Source: Trichodelitschia bisporula
Lineage: Eukaryota
DNA length: 64,000 bases
Assembly (NCBI GenBank): GCA_010356995.1
Contig: ML996689.1
Location: 390,691 to 454,690 of the forward strand
Direction of reading: 5' to 3'
Below are positions 63,489-64,000 of this stretch, piece after piece (the stretch's first letter is position 1; every line of letters starts with the position of its first letter). The translations under genes and the position numbers were made by a program. Under the pieces are notes generated by a model, which worked only from the letters and a program-made list of their open reading frames with translations, had not been told where the DNA came from and ran no database searches.

Positions 63489-64000
63489 GCTAATACGCCA
63501 GTAAGCTAATGTGTGCGGACTCTCTATCTGAACCCCGAGACCATCTCTCAACAGATAGCGATCTGTCGGGTCAAAAGCTTGATGTCTGGTGCGAAGCTTG
63601 GTGTTATATAGTCCAGCGACTCCGCCTGAACTCCTTCATGCTCCGGGAACAGGCTCACGTAAACTAAATAGGTCGAGAGCTCCTAATCGTCTACGGATGT
63701 TGAGCTTGCATCCCGACTTCCCAAGAGCCGCTTACGTTCCACGCGGAGTATGAATAACGCCCCCACCAACTGCTTCGCACCAATCACACCCGGACCTCAG
63801 TGTCTCACGGCAAGGCTGAGCCACATCAGGCTGCGCGCAGGAAGCAAAGCTAACCCTGCGATCCAAGCGGCTTCCGACCTCGCAAATCACACGCGCGCCT
63901 CTCAGCCTCAAATCCCGTTTTCAATGGCACGGTGGCGCTAAGGCCGCCAACAGCGTCGAAAAATACCACCGGGAATATCACCGGCACCACGGAGACCATG

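Overview
Eukaryotic DNA from a filamentous ascomycete (Pezizomycotina): GC-rich coding sequence, short GT-AG introns and CTRAC/CTAAY branch sites. The middle of the window is mostly housekeeping genes: an RfeC-like C2H2 transcription factor, Eps1-like PDI, complex I NDUFA5 subunit, RBR E3 ligase, DPBB protein, heme-thiolate peroxidase, Npc2, Vma7, Nur1/Mug154, cystathionine beta-synthase and Mcd4. Both ends hold immunity-type loci with transposon debris nearby. On the left is a PNP_UDP-NACHT-WD40 NLR head-to-head with a SesB-like alpha/beta hydrolase. On the right is a gasdermin head-to-head with a subtilisin S8 protease (het-Q-like module). The most striking item is not recovered as a gene by the ORF track. 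It is a 10-exon minus-strand gene at 46831-47776 encoding a predicted secreted Kex2-processed precursor with eight [G/S]L[A/T/D]QGQDGQGFG-KR peptides, each repeat carried by its own 42-nt exon. It lies tail-to-tail with two tandem DUF3176 membrane-protein paralogs, which suggests a possible undescribed peptide plus receptor/processing module. All family assignments are by motif recognition; no database search was run.
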